Assembly: GCA_934086145.1 (NCBI GenBank)
Contig: CAKOHV010000004.1
Location: 2,354-66,353 of the forward strand
Direction: 5' to 3'
From: an uncultured Bacilli bacterium
GTDB lineage: Bacteria; Bacillota_I; Bacilli_A; RF39; UBA660
DNA: 64,000 nucleotides
The notes below the pieces were generated by a model. That model searched no databases. It saw nothing but the letters and a program-made list of their open reading frames with translations, and was not told the origin of the DNA. This document shows positions 37,523 to 46,670 of the stretch, piece after piece. A program made the translations under genes and the position numbers. Position 1 is the stretch's first letter; each line of letters opens with the position of its first letter.

Positions 37523-37579
37523 AAAGTATCACCCTACCATCATTTTATCATAATATTTTTTAAAGCAAAAGAAAAAAGC

Positions 37580-38650
37580 CTATTTAAGACTTTTCTTTAC
37601 TTCCTTTTTATCTTTATTATGCATAAATAAAATATCTGTTTTTAAAACTAAGAATAATAATAAAATCATTAAAGCAACATAAATTGCCATTGCAACCTTT
37701 TGATCACCTAGAACAAAAAAGATTGAAACACTAGCAAATAAGATATTAATACCATAAATAATAAGGACAGTTGCTTTAACGCTAAATTTCATTTTTAATA
37801 GTTGATGATGAAAATGGTCTTTATCTGGTGTTCCAATACTTTCACCTTTTAATAATCGGCGAAAGATAGCTAAAGTTGTATCAAATAATGGAATTGCTAA
37901 TATTAATAATGGAACAATCAAAGAAGTTAACGTCGTTGCTTTAAATCCCAATAATGCAATAATACTTATTATAAAACCTAAAAATAAACTTCCCGTATCC
38001 CCCATAAAAATCTTCGCTGGATTAAAGTTATGTACCAAAAAACCTAACGTTGCTCCTAACATTATTAAAGATAATGTTGTATCTAGACCAGCCATGCGAT
38101 CTAACATGAATGCAATAATCGAAATTGTCGCAAAGTATATTGAAGATACCCCAGCTGCTAAACCATCTAATCCATCAATTAAATTTATTGCATTAGTTAT
38201 TGCTAATATTAAAAATATTGTTATCAAGTAATTAAAAGGAGCAGGAAAGTCCATATTAAATCCTAAAACATCAATATGGTTTAAAACTATATTGCCATAG
38301 AAGACTACAACACAAGCTGCTACGGTCTGCACCATAAATTTAATTTTAGCCGATACTGGTTTAATATCATCAAAAATGCCTACCAAAATTATTATAAAGC
38401 CACCAATTAAGATTGATAACATTTGTAACGACATTTTACCAAAAAACATATACCCTACCAAGAAGGAACCAAAGATTGCTAATCCCCCTAATCTTGGCAT
38501 CGGCTTAGTATGAACCTTACGAGCATTAGGAATATCCATCGCCCCAACATGCAAGGCCATTTTCTTAACCAACGGAACTAATATTGCACTAACTAAGAAA
38601 GTTACAAAGATTATTAAAAATATATTATGATTATTTACAGTAAAATTCAT
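37580..38650 (-). CDS. tagO: Polyprenyl-phosphate N-acetylhexosamine-1-phosphate transferase (MraY/WecA family; TagO-like initiator)
   Basis: Polytopic. Motifs HTKPMPRLGGLAIF, FDDIKPVSAK, NAINLIDGLDGLA and MGDTGSLFLGF. The start is set at ATG 38650 on RBS spacing (GGTGA); the ORF-track start is 38659 (GTG). Confidence 0.85.
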   Translation of the reverse strand: MNFTVNNHNIFLIIFVTFLVSAILVPLVKKMALHVGAMDIPNARKVHTKPMPRLGGLAIFGSFLVGYMFFGKMSLQMLSILIGGFIIILVGIFDDIKPVSAKIKFMVQTVAACVVVFYGNIVLNHIDVLGFNMDFPAPFNYLITIFLILAITNAINLIDGLDGLAAGVSSIYFATISIIAFMLDRMAGLDTTLSLIMLGATLGFLVHNFNPAKIFMGDTGSLFLGFIISIIALLGFKATTLTSLIVPLLILAIPLFDTTLAIFRRLLKGESIGTPDKDHFHHQLLKMKFSVKATVLIIYGINILFASVSIFFVLGDQKVAMAIYVALMILLLFLVLKTDILFMHNKDKKEVKKSLK

Positions 38651-38717
38651 AAACATCACCTACTTACATTATACCCCATCTTATAGGCATATGACTATTT
38701 TTTAAAAAAAAGAAAAA

Positions 38718-40616
38718 TTATTTTTCCTTTTTCTTACTTTTCTTATTTATTTTTTTATCATCTTGTTCATCATCAATAACAGGTAAAACCTCTGTTTCTT
38801 CACGAACATATTTGTCAAAAGCACTAGTTACAAACGTTTTATCATCTAAAAATTCTTTTTGGGCTTGTTCACGTAATTTCTTTTGTTCTTTAGCTAATCT
38901 TTTTATGTCTTTTTTAGATAAAACGTTAGATTCGGTTCTAATAATACTTGATTCTAAAGTAACATCATCAATAATATCATTAGTCATTGTTTCATCATTA
39001 TTAAAGTCTAACTCAGTTGTTGTTTCTTCAAAATTTTTATCATTTGCCGTAGCTATATTATTTATAATTTCTTTTTCTATAGCTGAAACACTATCTACCT
39101 CAGTTACATCCTTTTCATCTTGTTTTTTTGCTTCCTTAGGTATTTCTATTTCTTCAACTTTATCTTCTTTTTCTAAAACGTCATTTTCTATTTTCTCTTC
39201 TTGCGTTGCTTGTTCTTCTGTGTTGACATCATTTTTAGCTGATTCTTTTAGCTCCTCTTTTTTCTCATTTTTTTCTTCTAAAATATTATTATTTTCCTTT
39301 TTTACATTTTTACTTTCAATCAAACTAATTAATTTCTTATTTTTATCTTTTATCTTTTTGTTAACTAGTAACAAAATAATTACAAGTAAAAAGGATACAG
39401 CTAAACCACAACCAAAGACAATAGCTAAAATAAAATAAGTATCTTTACCTAAAGTACTATTACTTAAAGTACTATTTTCATAATATTTTTGTAAAGTTCC
39501 ATCTTTTACATCATAAGTATACCAAGCTTTTTCACCATTTTTTAAATTCATTCCATATACTAAGACTAAATTATCATTATCTTTTTGATAATAAGCTTTT
39601 ACTTTTATACTTCCAATCTCAATTTCTTTATCAAGATCAAAACCTTTAACTTTATTATCTGGTTCATATGGAATCAAAGTAACTGCTTCCGTAGCATATT
39701 CTTTAAATGGTACATAATTATTACCATCATAAATATATAAACCAATATTGCCTTCTTCATCTTTTAAGCCAACTAGAACTAAATCAGTTGTTTCATTTCT
39801 AAAGCAAATCACTTCTTCATCGTTAATCATCGTTGTACTATCAACAAACAAGTTTGGAGCTATTAATAATTCTTTTTTTCTGACAACTGAATAATTTTTG
39901 CCATCAACGCTAACATTTATTGGATTCAATTCTTTTCTTGTAATATCAATATTATATTTTTTTACATTACCCTTTTGAGCTGTTACCGTAATTACCACTT
40001 TATTAAGTCCTTCGGCAAGTTCAATTGTTCCACCACCACTAACTTGAGCGTGACTTTCATCTTTAACAGCACTAATTACAACACTTTCAACATCATTTGG
40101 TACTTCTAAAGTATAATTAGTCTCATTTTTGTTAAATTCTGGACTTAATGTATATCCTTCAATACTTAATGATTTCAAGTCTGCATTACTACTATATGTT
40201 GCTTGAATTTCTGATTGTGTACGAGCTGTAATCGTCGTACTTCCTACTGAAGAAGTCAAAGAATTTCCATCGTCATCATAAGCGGCTGCTCCTGATAAAG
40301 AGAATGTTCCTGAACCACTTTTATTAGCTTTAAATTTAAATTTTACACTACTATATCCTATCAATGTACTACCAGTTCTAACACATTTTCCACCAGTATC
40401 AGTTGGCGCATCAGTCAAAGTAAAGACATCCGCATTATAATTTATACAATATTCCCATCCGGAAGCTCCCGTAACTGCTACAGTTACTGTTACTGTATTT
40501 CCAACAGTCACTGATGTTGAACTAGCTCGCACACTAAAACTAGCTGCCTCAACATTCAATATAAATAACACATTTATAATCAAAAAGACACTCAAATAAC
40601 TAAGATATTTCTTCAT
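38718..40616 (-). CDS. Type I membrane protein: signal peptide, cohesin-like domain, cadherin-like beta-sandwich, TM, charged cytoplasmic tail
   Basis: ATG 40616 with RBS AGGAG; the ORF-track start at 40622 is TTG. Signal peptide ...NVEA/AS. SFSVRASSTSVTVGNTVTVTVAVTGASGWEYCINYNADVFTL...FKFKANKSGSGTF is cohesin-like by eye. ADLKSLSIEGYTLSPEFNKNETNYTLEVP... is the Cadherin-like (PF12733-type) domain. TM FILAIVFGCGLAVSFLLVIILLLV, followed by a K/E/D-rich tail. Confidence 0.6.
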   Translation of the reverse strand: MKKYLSYLSVFLIINVLFILNVEAASFSVRASSTSVTVGNTVTVTVAVTGASGWEYCINYNADVFTLTDAPTDTGGKCVRTGSTLIGYSSVKFKFKANKSGSGTFSLSGAAAYDDDGNSLTSSVGSTTITARTQSEIQATYSSNADLKSLSIEGYTLSPEFNKNETNYTLEVPNDVESVVISAVKDESHAQVSGGGTIELAEGLNKVVITVTAQKGNVKKYNIDITRKELNPINVSVDGKNYSVVRKKELLIAPNLFVDSTTMINDEEVICFRNETTDLVLVGLKDEEGNIGLYIYDGNNYVPFKEYATEAVTLIPYEPDNKVKGFDLDKEIEIGSIKVKAYYQKDNDNLVLVYGMNLKNGEKAWYTYDVKDGTLQKYYENSTLSNSTLGKDTYFILAIVFGCGLAVSFLLVIILLLVNKKIKDKNKKLISLIESKNVKKENNNILEEKNEKKEELKESAKNDVNTEEQATQEEKIENDVLEKEDKVEEIEIPKEAKKQDEKDVTEVDSVSAIEKEIINNIATANDKNFEETTTELDFNNDETMTNDIIDDVTLESSIIRTESNVLSKKDIKRLAKEQKKLREQAQKEFLDDKTFVTSAFDKYVREETEVLPVIDDEQDDKKINKKSKKKEK

Positions 40617-40625
40617 AAACAACTC

Positions 40626-42629
40626 CTATAAATTTCCTTTTCCTAATATATGTTTTTGAATCTGTAATAAATCAACAATTGATATTTTACCATCATAATT
40701 TGTATCTCCGGCATACATTCTATAACCATCTAAATTTCCACGACCTAATATATGTTTCTGAATTTGTAATAAATCAACAATTGAAACATTTCCATCACCA
40801 TTCGTATCACCACGAACAGCAATAGTATAAACTAAAGAGTCTTGTGTTCCATTAACCGTAATTTTATCTCCTGTTACTAAATTTCCGGCATTTTTAGCAT
40901 TGCCATTAATATCAACAATTGTAGCACTTCCACCACTAGCTGTAACAGTATTTACAACTGTTCCAACTTGCATACCAGGTGAAATTCCATACATTACATC
41001 CTCATTAACACGTACTCCCATTTTATTTACTACATCAATTGCTTTAATTACTGGAACATCAGGAATAATACGTTTAACATAAACTATATATGTCTTCGTA
41101 TTACCATTTTCGGCGGTTACGCCAACTTGAACAACAGCATTATTATCTGCATCAAATGAAACTGTCCCAACGCCACTTACAACCGCCTTGCTATCTTCCG
41201 CTGTCGCGGATACGACAACTTCTGTTTTGTCAGTTGTTATATTGTAATTATACTCAACACGATCCCTATCAAATCCGGTAACAGTAACACCATCGATAAG
41301 TAAACTACTTAAATTATCATTACTACTTTTATCAACTGGCTGAACTATTTCATCACTAATCCCCATAAAGACTGGGATAACAAAGTTAAAATTAGAATTT
41401 AATAAATTACCTGCTTTATAAGCTTTATACATTGTGTTAGCTTCACTTGCTGGAGCATAAATATTAGTCATATATTGGTGAGAATAAAGTGGATAAGATG
41501 TTGTTGGCGAAATATTAAACTTTTGATAGTACCCCGTATTTTGTCCCTTCTTTATATAACCTTCACTTATAAATTCGGCACCACCAGAAATAGCTTTAGC
41601 TACCGTATTCCAAGGCCTTTGATAACTTAGATTTTCACATTTCGTAATATCATAATAAGGTAGACCATCTTCAGCAAAAGAAACACATGAAGCCCCCGCA
41701 ATAAACCCTGAAGCATAAGCCAAACCACGTTGAACTGTGTAAGGATAAATTGCATCAGCATAAGCCCCAATATTAAAGAAATTATAATACCCATCTAACG
41801 AATATCCATCAGCTGAATATCTATTATAAGTAGTAGTATAGGTTCCTGATACCGAAGCATAGGTCTGATTATTAGCTCCTTCTTGAATACTTCTTGATAA
41901 TATATGCAATGGATTTACCCCATTATTAGCCCCGGCTTCTTTAAATTCACCAAGATACTTCAACAAATTACCATTACCAACAACTTTTTTCATTGCTTCA
42001 TCATTAGATATATCTTTTGAACTTTGCAAATCCAAAAATTGAAAAATATGTTCTTCAAATAAACTATTTCGTGGATCCATAAATGACATAATAGTAGCAG
42101 CATTTACATAATAATAACTACCTTCTATAAAATTACCATTTAACCAATAATTGGAATTACTAGTTTGTAAAACTGTTTTACCTTCTTCCTCTAAGGATAC
42201 TTCATTTAAAGACTTACCAATTTGTTGAGCTTCAAAATTCCAATTAGGATACTTAGTATGTAAATAATAAAGATAAGGACAATAAGATTGATGAAACCCC
42301 TTCGTTACTAATTCATTACAATAGCTTTCATAATTATCGCCACTCGTCAACATTGCTTGATCAACATTTAAAATATAGGAAGAGGAAACAAAACCGATTT
42401 TACCATTATCAAAAGAAATTCTTGTTCCATAGGTTCCTCCTGCTTTATCATCTAAGACAACAACTCTTGTTCCATAAGCTAATTCTGTCATTGTAGCAGA
42501 ACCACGAAGAGAACTTTCATGAACAACTAAAGCATCAGCACTAATTATACCATTATAATTTTCAAGAGCATCAACAGTTAAAAACATCGTAAAAAACAGA
42601 ATAAGAATATAAGTAATTTTTTTAACCAT
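40626..42629 (-). CDS. Secreted peptidoglycan hydrolase: SH3b-like + glucosaminidase + cadherin-like beta-sandwich + C-terminal type I dockerin
   Basis: ATG 42629 with RBS AAGGAG, plus a signal peptide. The glucosaminidase core is NPLHILSRSIQEGANN...YNFFNIGAYAD. The cadherin-like domain is LSSLLIDGVTVTGFDRDRVEYNYNI.... Two dockerin repeats are present: GDTNGDGNVSIVDLLQIQKHILG and GDTNYDGKISIVDLLQIQKHILG (about 40629-40811). Confidence 0.75.
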   Translation of the reverse strand: MVKKITYILILFFTMFLTVDALENYNGIISADALVVHESSLRGSATMTELAYGTRVVVLDDKAGGTYGTRISFDNGKIGFVSSSYILNVDQAMLTSGDNYESYCNELVTKGFHQSYCPYLYYLHTKYPNWNFEAQQIGKSLNEVSLEEEGKTVLQTSNSNYWLNGNFIEGSYYYVNAATIMSFMDPRNSLFEEHIFQFLDLQSSKDISNDEAMKKVVGNGNLLKYLGEFKEAGANNGVNPLHILSRSIQEGANNQTYASVSGTYTTTYNRYSADGYSLDGYYNFFNIGAYADAIYPYTVQRGLAYASGFIAGASCVSFAEDGLPYYDITKCENLSYQRPWNTVAKAISGGAEFISEGYIKKGQNTGYYQKFNISPTTSYPLYSHQYMTNIYAPASEANTMYKAYKAGNLLNSNFNFVIPVFMGISDEIVQPVDKSSNDNLSSLLIDGVTVTGFDRDRVEYNYNITTDKTEVVVSATAEDSKAVVSGVGTVSFDADNNAVVQVGVTAENGNTKTYIVYVKRIIPDVPVIKAIDVVNKMGVRVNEDVMYGISPGMQVGTVVNTVTASGGSATIVDINGNAKNAGNLVTGDKITVNGTQDSLVYTIAVRGDTNGDGNVSIVDLLQIQKHILGRGNLDGYRMYAGDTNYDGKISIVDLLQIQKHILGKGNL

Positions 42630-42819
42630 CTTATCACTCCTTACTACCATCCATAACCATTATAGCATAACCTATATCAGATAACAACGTACCAAAATGT
42701 CTATAACTGTAAAGCAGCAACATCTTTTAAGTAACAATTGTTATAGAAAATAAATTATGATATGATATATACAATAATGTTAATGAGGAGTGGTTACTAC
42801 GAAAATTCTAACAAAAAAG

Positions 42820-44931
42820 ATGAAAAAAATAAGTAAAATACAAAAATTCTTTTATTTTGTAACAATCATTGCTTACCTAGCAACCTTTATCTACTTTATT
42901 TATGGTATTCTCCATTTAAAAGGTATTGAAACAGCTATTAGAATTATTGCAGTTATTATATTTGCAATTTGGTTTGCCGTTTATTCTCTAGCCGGATTAA
43001 TATGTATGCTTTCCAAAAAGCAAAAAACCTTTATTTTTTTAACCATCATAACTATTATTTTCTGTCCTATCTTTAGTGTTTCATCATACTACATTAACAA
43101 AGTATATGGGGCTTTAGAAAATATTAATCGGGAAAAAATAACTTATGCATCTAATATGATTGCTTTAAAAGAAACAAAGTTTAATAGCAGTTCAGTCATA
43201 GGAATGATCGAATCAGAAGACGATATTGAAGGAAATAACTTAGCTAAAAAAATAATTAAAAACAATAGTTTATCTAACAAAATTGAAACTTATGAAGATT
43301 ATCAATCAATGCTAAAAGATTTATACAACAAAAAAATTGATGCTTGCTTTGTATCTAGTAACTACGCCATCTTATTTAGTCAAGAAGATGCCTTTCCTAC
43401 TATCGCTGATGATGTCAAAGTTCTTTATGAATATAGTGAAGAACAAGTAAATAAAGATGCTGAAGTATTAAAAACTAATACTAAAAAAGACTTAACAGAA
43501 CCATTTACAATGTTAATAATGGGTGTTGATTCTGAAAAAAATGGTTTAACAGCTAATCAAGCTTTCAATGGTGACACCTTAATCATGGTTACCTTTAATC
43601 CTAATACCTTAACGGCTACCATGTTTAGTATCCCAAGAGATATGTACGTTCCAATTGCTTGTAACAATAATCGTTATGCTAAAATAAACTCATCAGCTGC
43701 TTATGGTTCATCTTGCGTTATAAATACAATTAAACAATTAACTAAAATAGATATTGACTACTATGTTAAGATGAATTTCCAAGGAGTTGTCGATTTAGTA
43801 GAAGCCTTAGGAGGCATAACCGTCGACGTTGAAAAACCAGACTTTGCTTACGATAACAAGCACATTGGTCAAGTATGTGAGCAAAACTCAAAAAGACAAT
43901 TTGGTTCTAACCTAGTATGTATGAAAACTGGTGTTCAACAATTAAATGGTGAACAAGCCCTTGCCTATGCAAGATGCCGTCACCTATATGCTGTTTCCGA
44001 TATTGCCAGAAATAAGCATCAACAAGATATTATTGAAGCTATGGCACAAAAAGTTAAAACTTTAAGAAGTGTTAAAGATTTCGAAAATATCTTAACCGCT
44101 GTTTCTAACAACTTAGAAACTAATATGACAACTGAACAAATCCTTTCGATATATAACGTTGCAAAAGATATGCTTCAAAATACCGATTCATCTTCATCAT
44201 TGTCAATCAAAAAAACATATCTTGCCTACTATAATTTACCAATTTACTTACCTTCATCAGGTTCTTATACTAGTGCACTAGGTTACTATCCTCAATCATT
44301 AGAAGCAATTGTCAAAGCAATGAAGGTTAATTTAGGTTTAGAAACTGAAAAACCAGTAAAGACATTTAAAATTAGTTACAATGAAGATTATACAACCCCT
44401 TTAATCGGTCAAGGATTAACAGGTGGAACCAAATTGGAACGTATGCCAAACTTCATTGGTTACGATCGCTATTATGTAAGTGATTGGTGCTCTAAGAATG
44501 GCCTTTCATGTACATTCAAAGACCAAGATAGTTCTAAAGAAGTCGGCGAAGTCGTTGACCAAGCTGTTCATGAAGGGGTCTTACTAAAATCAATATCATC
44601 AGCTACTTTCTACGTTAGTAATGGTCGTTACCAGTCATTGATTGAGGACGATGATAATGACGATGACGATGAAGACAATAACTCGAATAAAAATAATAAT
44701 TCCAATAGTTCAAACAATAATTCTAGCAATAATTCTAACAGCAACAAAAACAATGATAAAAATAACGACAAAGATAACAGCAAAGATAATGACAAAAATG
44801 ATGATAAAAATAACGAAAAGAATAATGACAAAAACAATGATTCTTCAAGTGATTCCAACAAAAATGATAACAAAACAGAAGATAAAAAAGATGATAAAAA
44901 AGATGACACATCATCCGAAACTAACGAATAA
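42820..44931 (+). CDS. LCP (LytR-CpsA-Psr) family ligase with PASTA-like domain and Asn/Asp/Lys-rich low-complexity tail
   Basis: LCP core TMLIMGVDS...GDTLIMVTFNP...FSIPRDMYV...GEQALAYARCRH...DIARNKHQQ. The start is uncertain: the ORF-track GTG at 42790 overlaps the GAGGAG box, and ATG 42820 gives a typical MKK...TM N-terminus. Confidence 0.8.
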   Translation: MKKISKIQKFFYFVTIIAYLATFIYFIYGILHLKGIETAIRIIAVIIFAIWFAVYSLAGLICMLSKKQKTFIFLTIITIIFCPIFSVSSYYINKVYGALENINREKITYASNMIALKETKFNSSSVIGMIESEDDIEGNNLAKKIIKNNSLSNKIETYEDYQSMLKDLYNKKIDACFVSSNYAILFSQEDAFPTIADDVKVLYEYSEEQVNKDAEVLKTNTKKDLTEPFTMLIMGVDSEKNGLTANQAFNGDTLIMVTFNPNTLTATMFSIPRDMYVPIACNNNRYAKINSSAAYGSSCVINTIKQLTKIDIDYYVKMNFQGVVDLVEALGGITVDVEKPDFAYDNKHIGQVCEQNSKRQFGSNLVCMKTGVQQLNGEQALAYARCRHLYAVSDIARNKHQQDIIEAMAQKVKTLRSVKDFENILTAVSNNLETNMTTEQILSIYNVAKDMLQNTDSSSSLSIKKTYLAYYNLPIYLPSSGSYTSALGYYPQSLEAIVKAMKVNLGLETEKPVKTFKISYNEDYTTPLIGQGLTGGTKLERMPNFIGYDRYYVSDWCSKNGLSCTFKDQDSSKEVGEVVDQAVHEGVLLKSISSATFYVSNGRYQSLIEDDDNDDDDEDNNSNKNNNSNSSNNNSSNNSNSNKNNDKNNDKDNSKDNDKNDDKNNEKNNDKNNDSSSDSNKNDNKTEDKKDDKKDDTSSETNE

Positions 44932-45009
44932 ATTATTAAAAGTACCACCAAGGTACTTTTATTATGAATAAAATATAAATATAATAATATAAGAAATGAG
45001 GTTCAAAAA

Positions 45010-45864
45010 GTGCATAACGAAGTATTTTATACAAAAAAAATAAACAAAGATATAACACTAGCTGTTATTAGTGATATTCATTACTATCCTAAATTCAATA
45101 CAAACATATTTAGAAGATTAGAAAAACAAGTTCAAAAAAGACAACCAAATTATATTTGTGTAGTTGGTGATATCTTAGATGAATCAAAATTTACAGAAAT
45201 AGATAACTTAATTACTTTCTTTACCAATTTAGCCAAAATTTCCCCAGTCATAGTCGTTCTTGGTAATCATGATGAAAAAACTGGAGCAATGTTTAAATGG
45301 CAATCCAAAAACAATTCTGTTTTAACTAAAGCTTTAAATAAAATAGATAACCTTCATCTTCTTGAAGATGAAATATGGCAAGATAATAATATAACTTTTT
45401 ATGGTTTTAACTTATCATTTAATTACTATGAGAAAAGCGATGAAGCATATGAAGTTTTTGTTGAAGAAACCAAGCAATTAAAATGTCCTCTTCAAAAAGA
45501 AACGTATAATATCACCCTATTTCATAGTCCAGCTAATATCTACCAATTTATTGCTAAAAACCCTAATCATCCCCTTAATCAAACTGATTTAATATTGTCA
45601 GGTCACATGCATAATGGTTGTTTACCATTTATAATAGCTCATCCTCTTAACAAACTTTTCAAAACAAACGTCGGTTTAATTTCCCCCCAAAAAACATTAT
45701 TTCCAAAATTAGCTCAAGGAAAAGTAACTTCTGAAGTAAAAGATGGTTACATTTATGAAGGTGTAACTAAATTAAGTCATTCCACTAAGATGTTCCATGC
45801 TTTTGATTTTATCTTTCAAAAGAAAGTCGAATTTTTAACTATTAAACCTAACAATAAAGAATAA
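45010..45864 (+). CDS. Calcineurin-like metallophosphoesterase
   Basis: GTG start with RBS GAGG. Motifs LAVISDIHY, VVGDILD, LGNHDE and SGHMHNG. Confidence 0.8.
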   Translation: MHNEVFYTKKINKDITLAVISDIHYYPKFNTNIFRRLEKQVQKRQPNYICVVGDILDESKFTEIDNLITFFTNLAKISPVIVVLGNHDEKTGAMFKWQSKNNSVLTKALNKIDNLHLLEDEIWQDNNITFYGFNLSFNYYEKSDEAYEVFVEETKQLKCPLQKETYNITLFHSPANIYQFIAKNPNHPLNQTDLILSGHMHNGCLPFIIAHPLNKLFKTNVGLISPQKTLFPKLAQGKVTSEVKDGYIYEGVTKLSHSTKMFHAFDFIFQKKVEFLTIKPNNKE

Positions 45865-45895
45865 AAATTCTTATAAAATATCACTAAAAAAGCAA

Positions 45896-45934
45896 AAAAG
45901 AGAAAAGTAAATGTAAAATACTTTTCTCTTTTTG
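45896..45934. terminator. Bidirectional intrinsic terminator between convergent genes
   Basis: AAAAGAGAAAAGTA-aatgtaaaa-TACTTTTCTCTTTT. Confidence 0.6.
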
Positions 45935-45959
45935 TTCACCTTACTATCTCTTATCTAAA

Positions 45960-46670
45960 TTAATCTTCATCATAAGTTGGTTTCAAAGTAGGTTGATAAT
46001 CTACAACACTCCATCTTGCCCCATCTTCTTTTACGACAACAACAGAAGCTTCATCATCATATCCCATATCAGAAACATAACTTATTTTTAACTTAACTAA
46101 ATAACCATCTTTTTTTTCTTCGTCAACTAAATAAGTTGTTTTTTCTGTTGAAACAACCTCAACACTACTGACTTCTGGTAAAGTTTGTTTTCTATCTCCA
46201 TAAGTATCATCTATTAAAGTTGAATACAAAGTATCCATTACCTTTTTGCTATACATTTCTACTTTATCTTTATAAAAATACTCTGTTCCTCCAACATCAT
46301 ATTTATTAAGTTTAGTACTCATCGTATACAAATCGATTACAAATAACTTAGCTACTTGGGTACTATATGCTTCTTCATCAACCTTAGACTCTTTCAATAT
46401 TTTTTTCAATTTTTCAAATTCACTTTTATAATATTTACTATCTTTATCGCTTATAGAATAACCATAATCATCTAGGCTATCGACAACCTTTACCGTTACG
46501 ACATTCTTAGGTGTATTATTATTCTTTTTTAATTTAAAATTATAAAATAACAAGCCACCAACAATTAATATTACTAATAGCAATAATATCCATAATTTAT
46601 TTTTCTTCTTTTTCTTTTTTAACTTCGTTTCGTCTTTAATATCTCTTTTTATTTCTTTTTCTTTAGCCAT
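45960..46670 (-). CDS. Membrane-anchored hypothetical protein translationally coupled to the LtaS-family gene
   Basis: K-rich N-terminus, one TM (LWILLLLVILIVGGLLF) and an extracytoplasmic domain of unknown fold. ATG 46670 lies 3 nt upstream of the LtaS stop (ATGGCTAA). Confidence 0.55.
   Translation of the reverse strand: MAKEKEIKRDIKDETKLKKKKKKNKLWILLLLVILIVGGLLFYNFKLKKNNNTPKNVVTVKVVDSLDDYGYSISDKDSKYYKSEFEKLKKILKESKVDEEAYSTQVAKLFVIDLYTMSTKLNKYDVGGTEYFYKDKVEMYSKKVMDTLYSTLIDDTYGDRKQTLPEVSSVEVVSTEKTTYLVDEEKKDGYLVKLKISYVSDMGYDDEASVVVVKEDGARWSVVDYQPTLKPTYDED

Noticed and set aside
38812-39438. The 208-aa plus-strand ORF antisense to the cohesin-like membrane protein gene. The same applies to 8492-8809, 44628-44951, 44642-44971, 57302-57538 and 57343-57609.
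   Set aside because: All lie opposite low-complexity coding regions (K/E-rich, N/D/K-rich or G/S-rich tails), where the antisense frames are stop-poor by composition. Their products are S/F/L- or P-rich nonsense-like sequences with no RBS.
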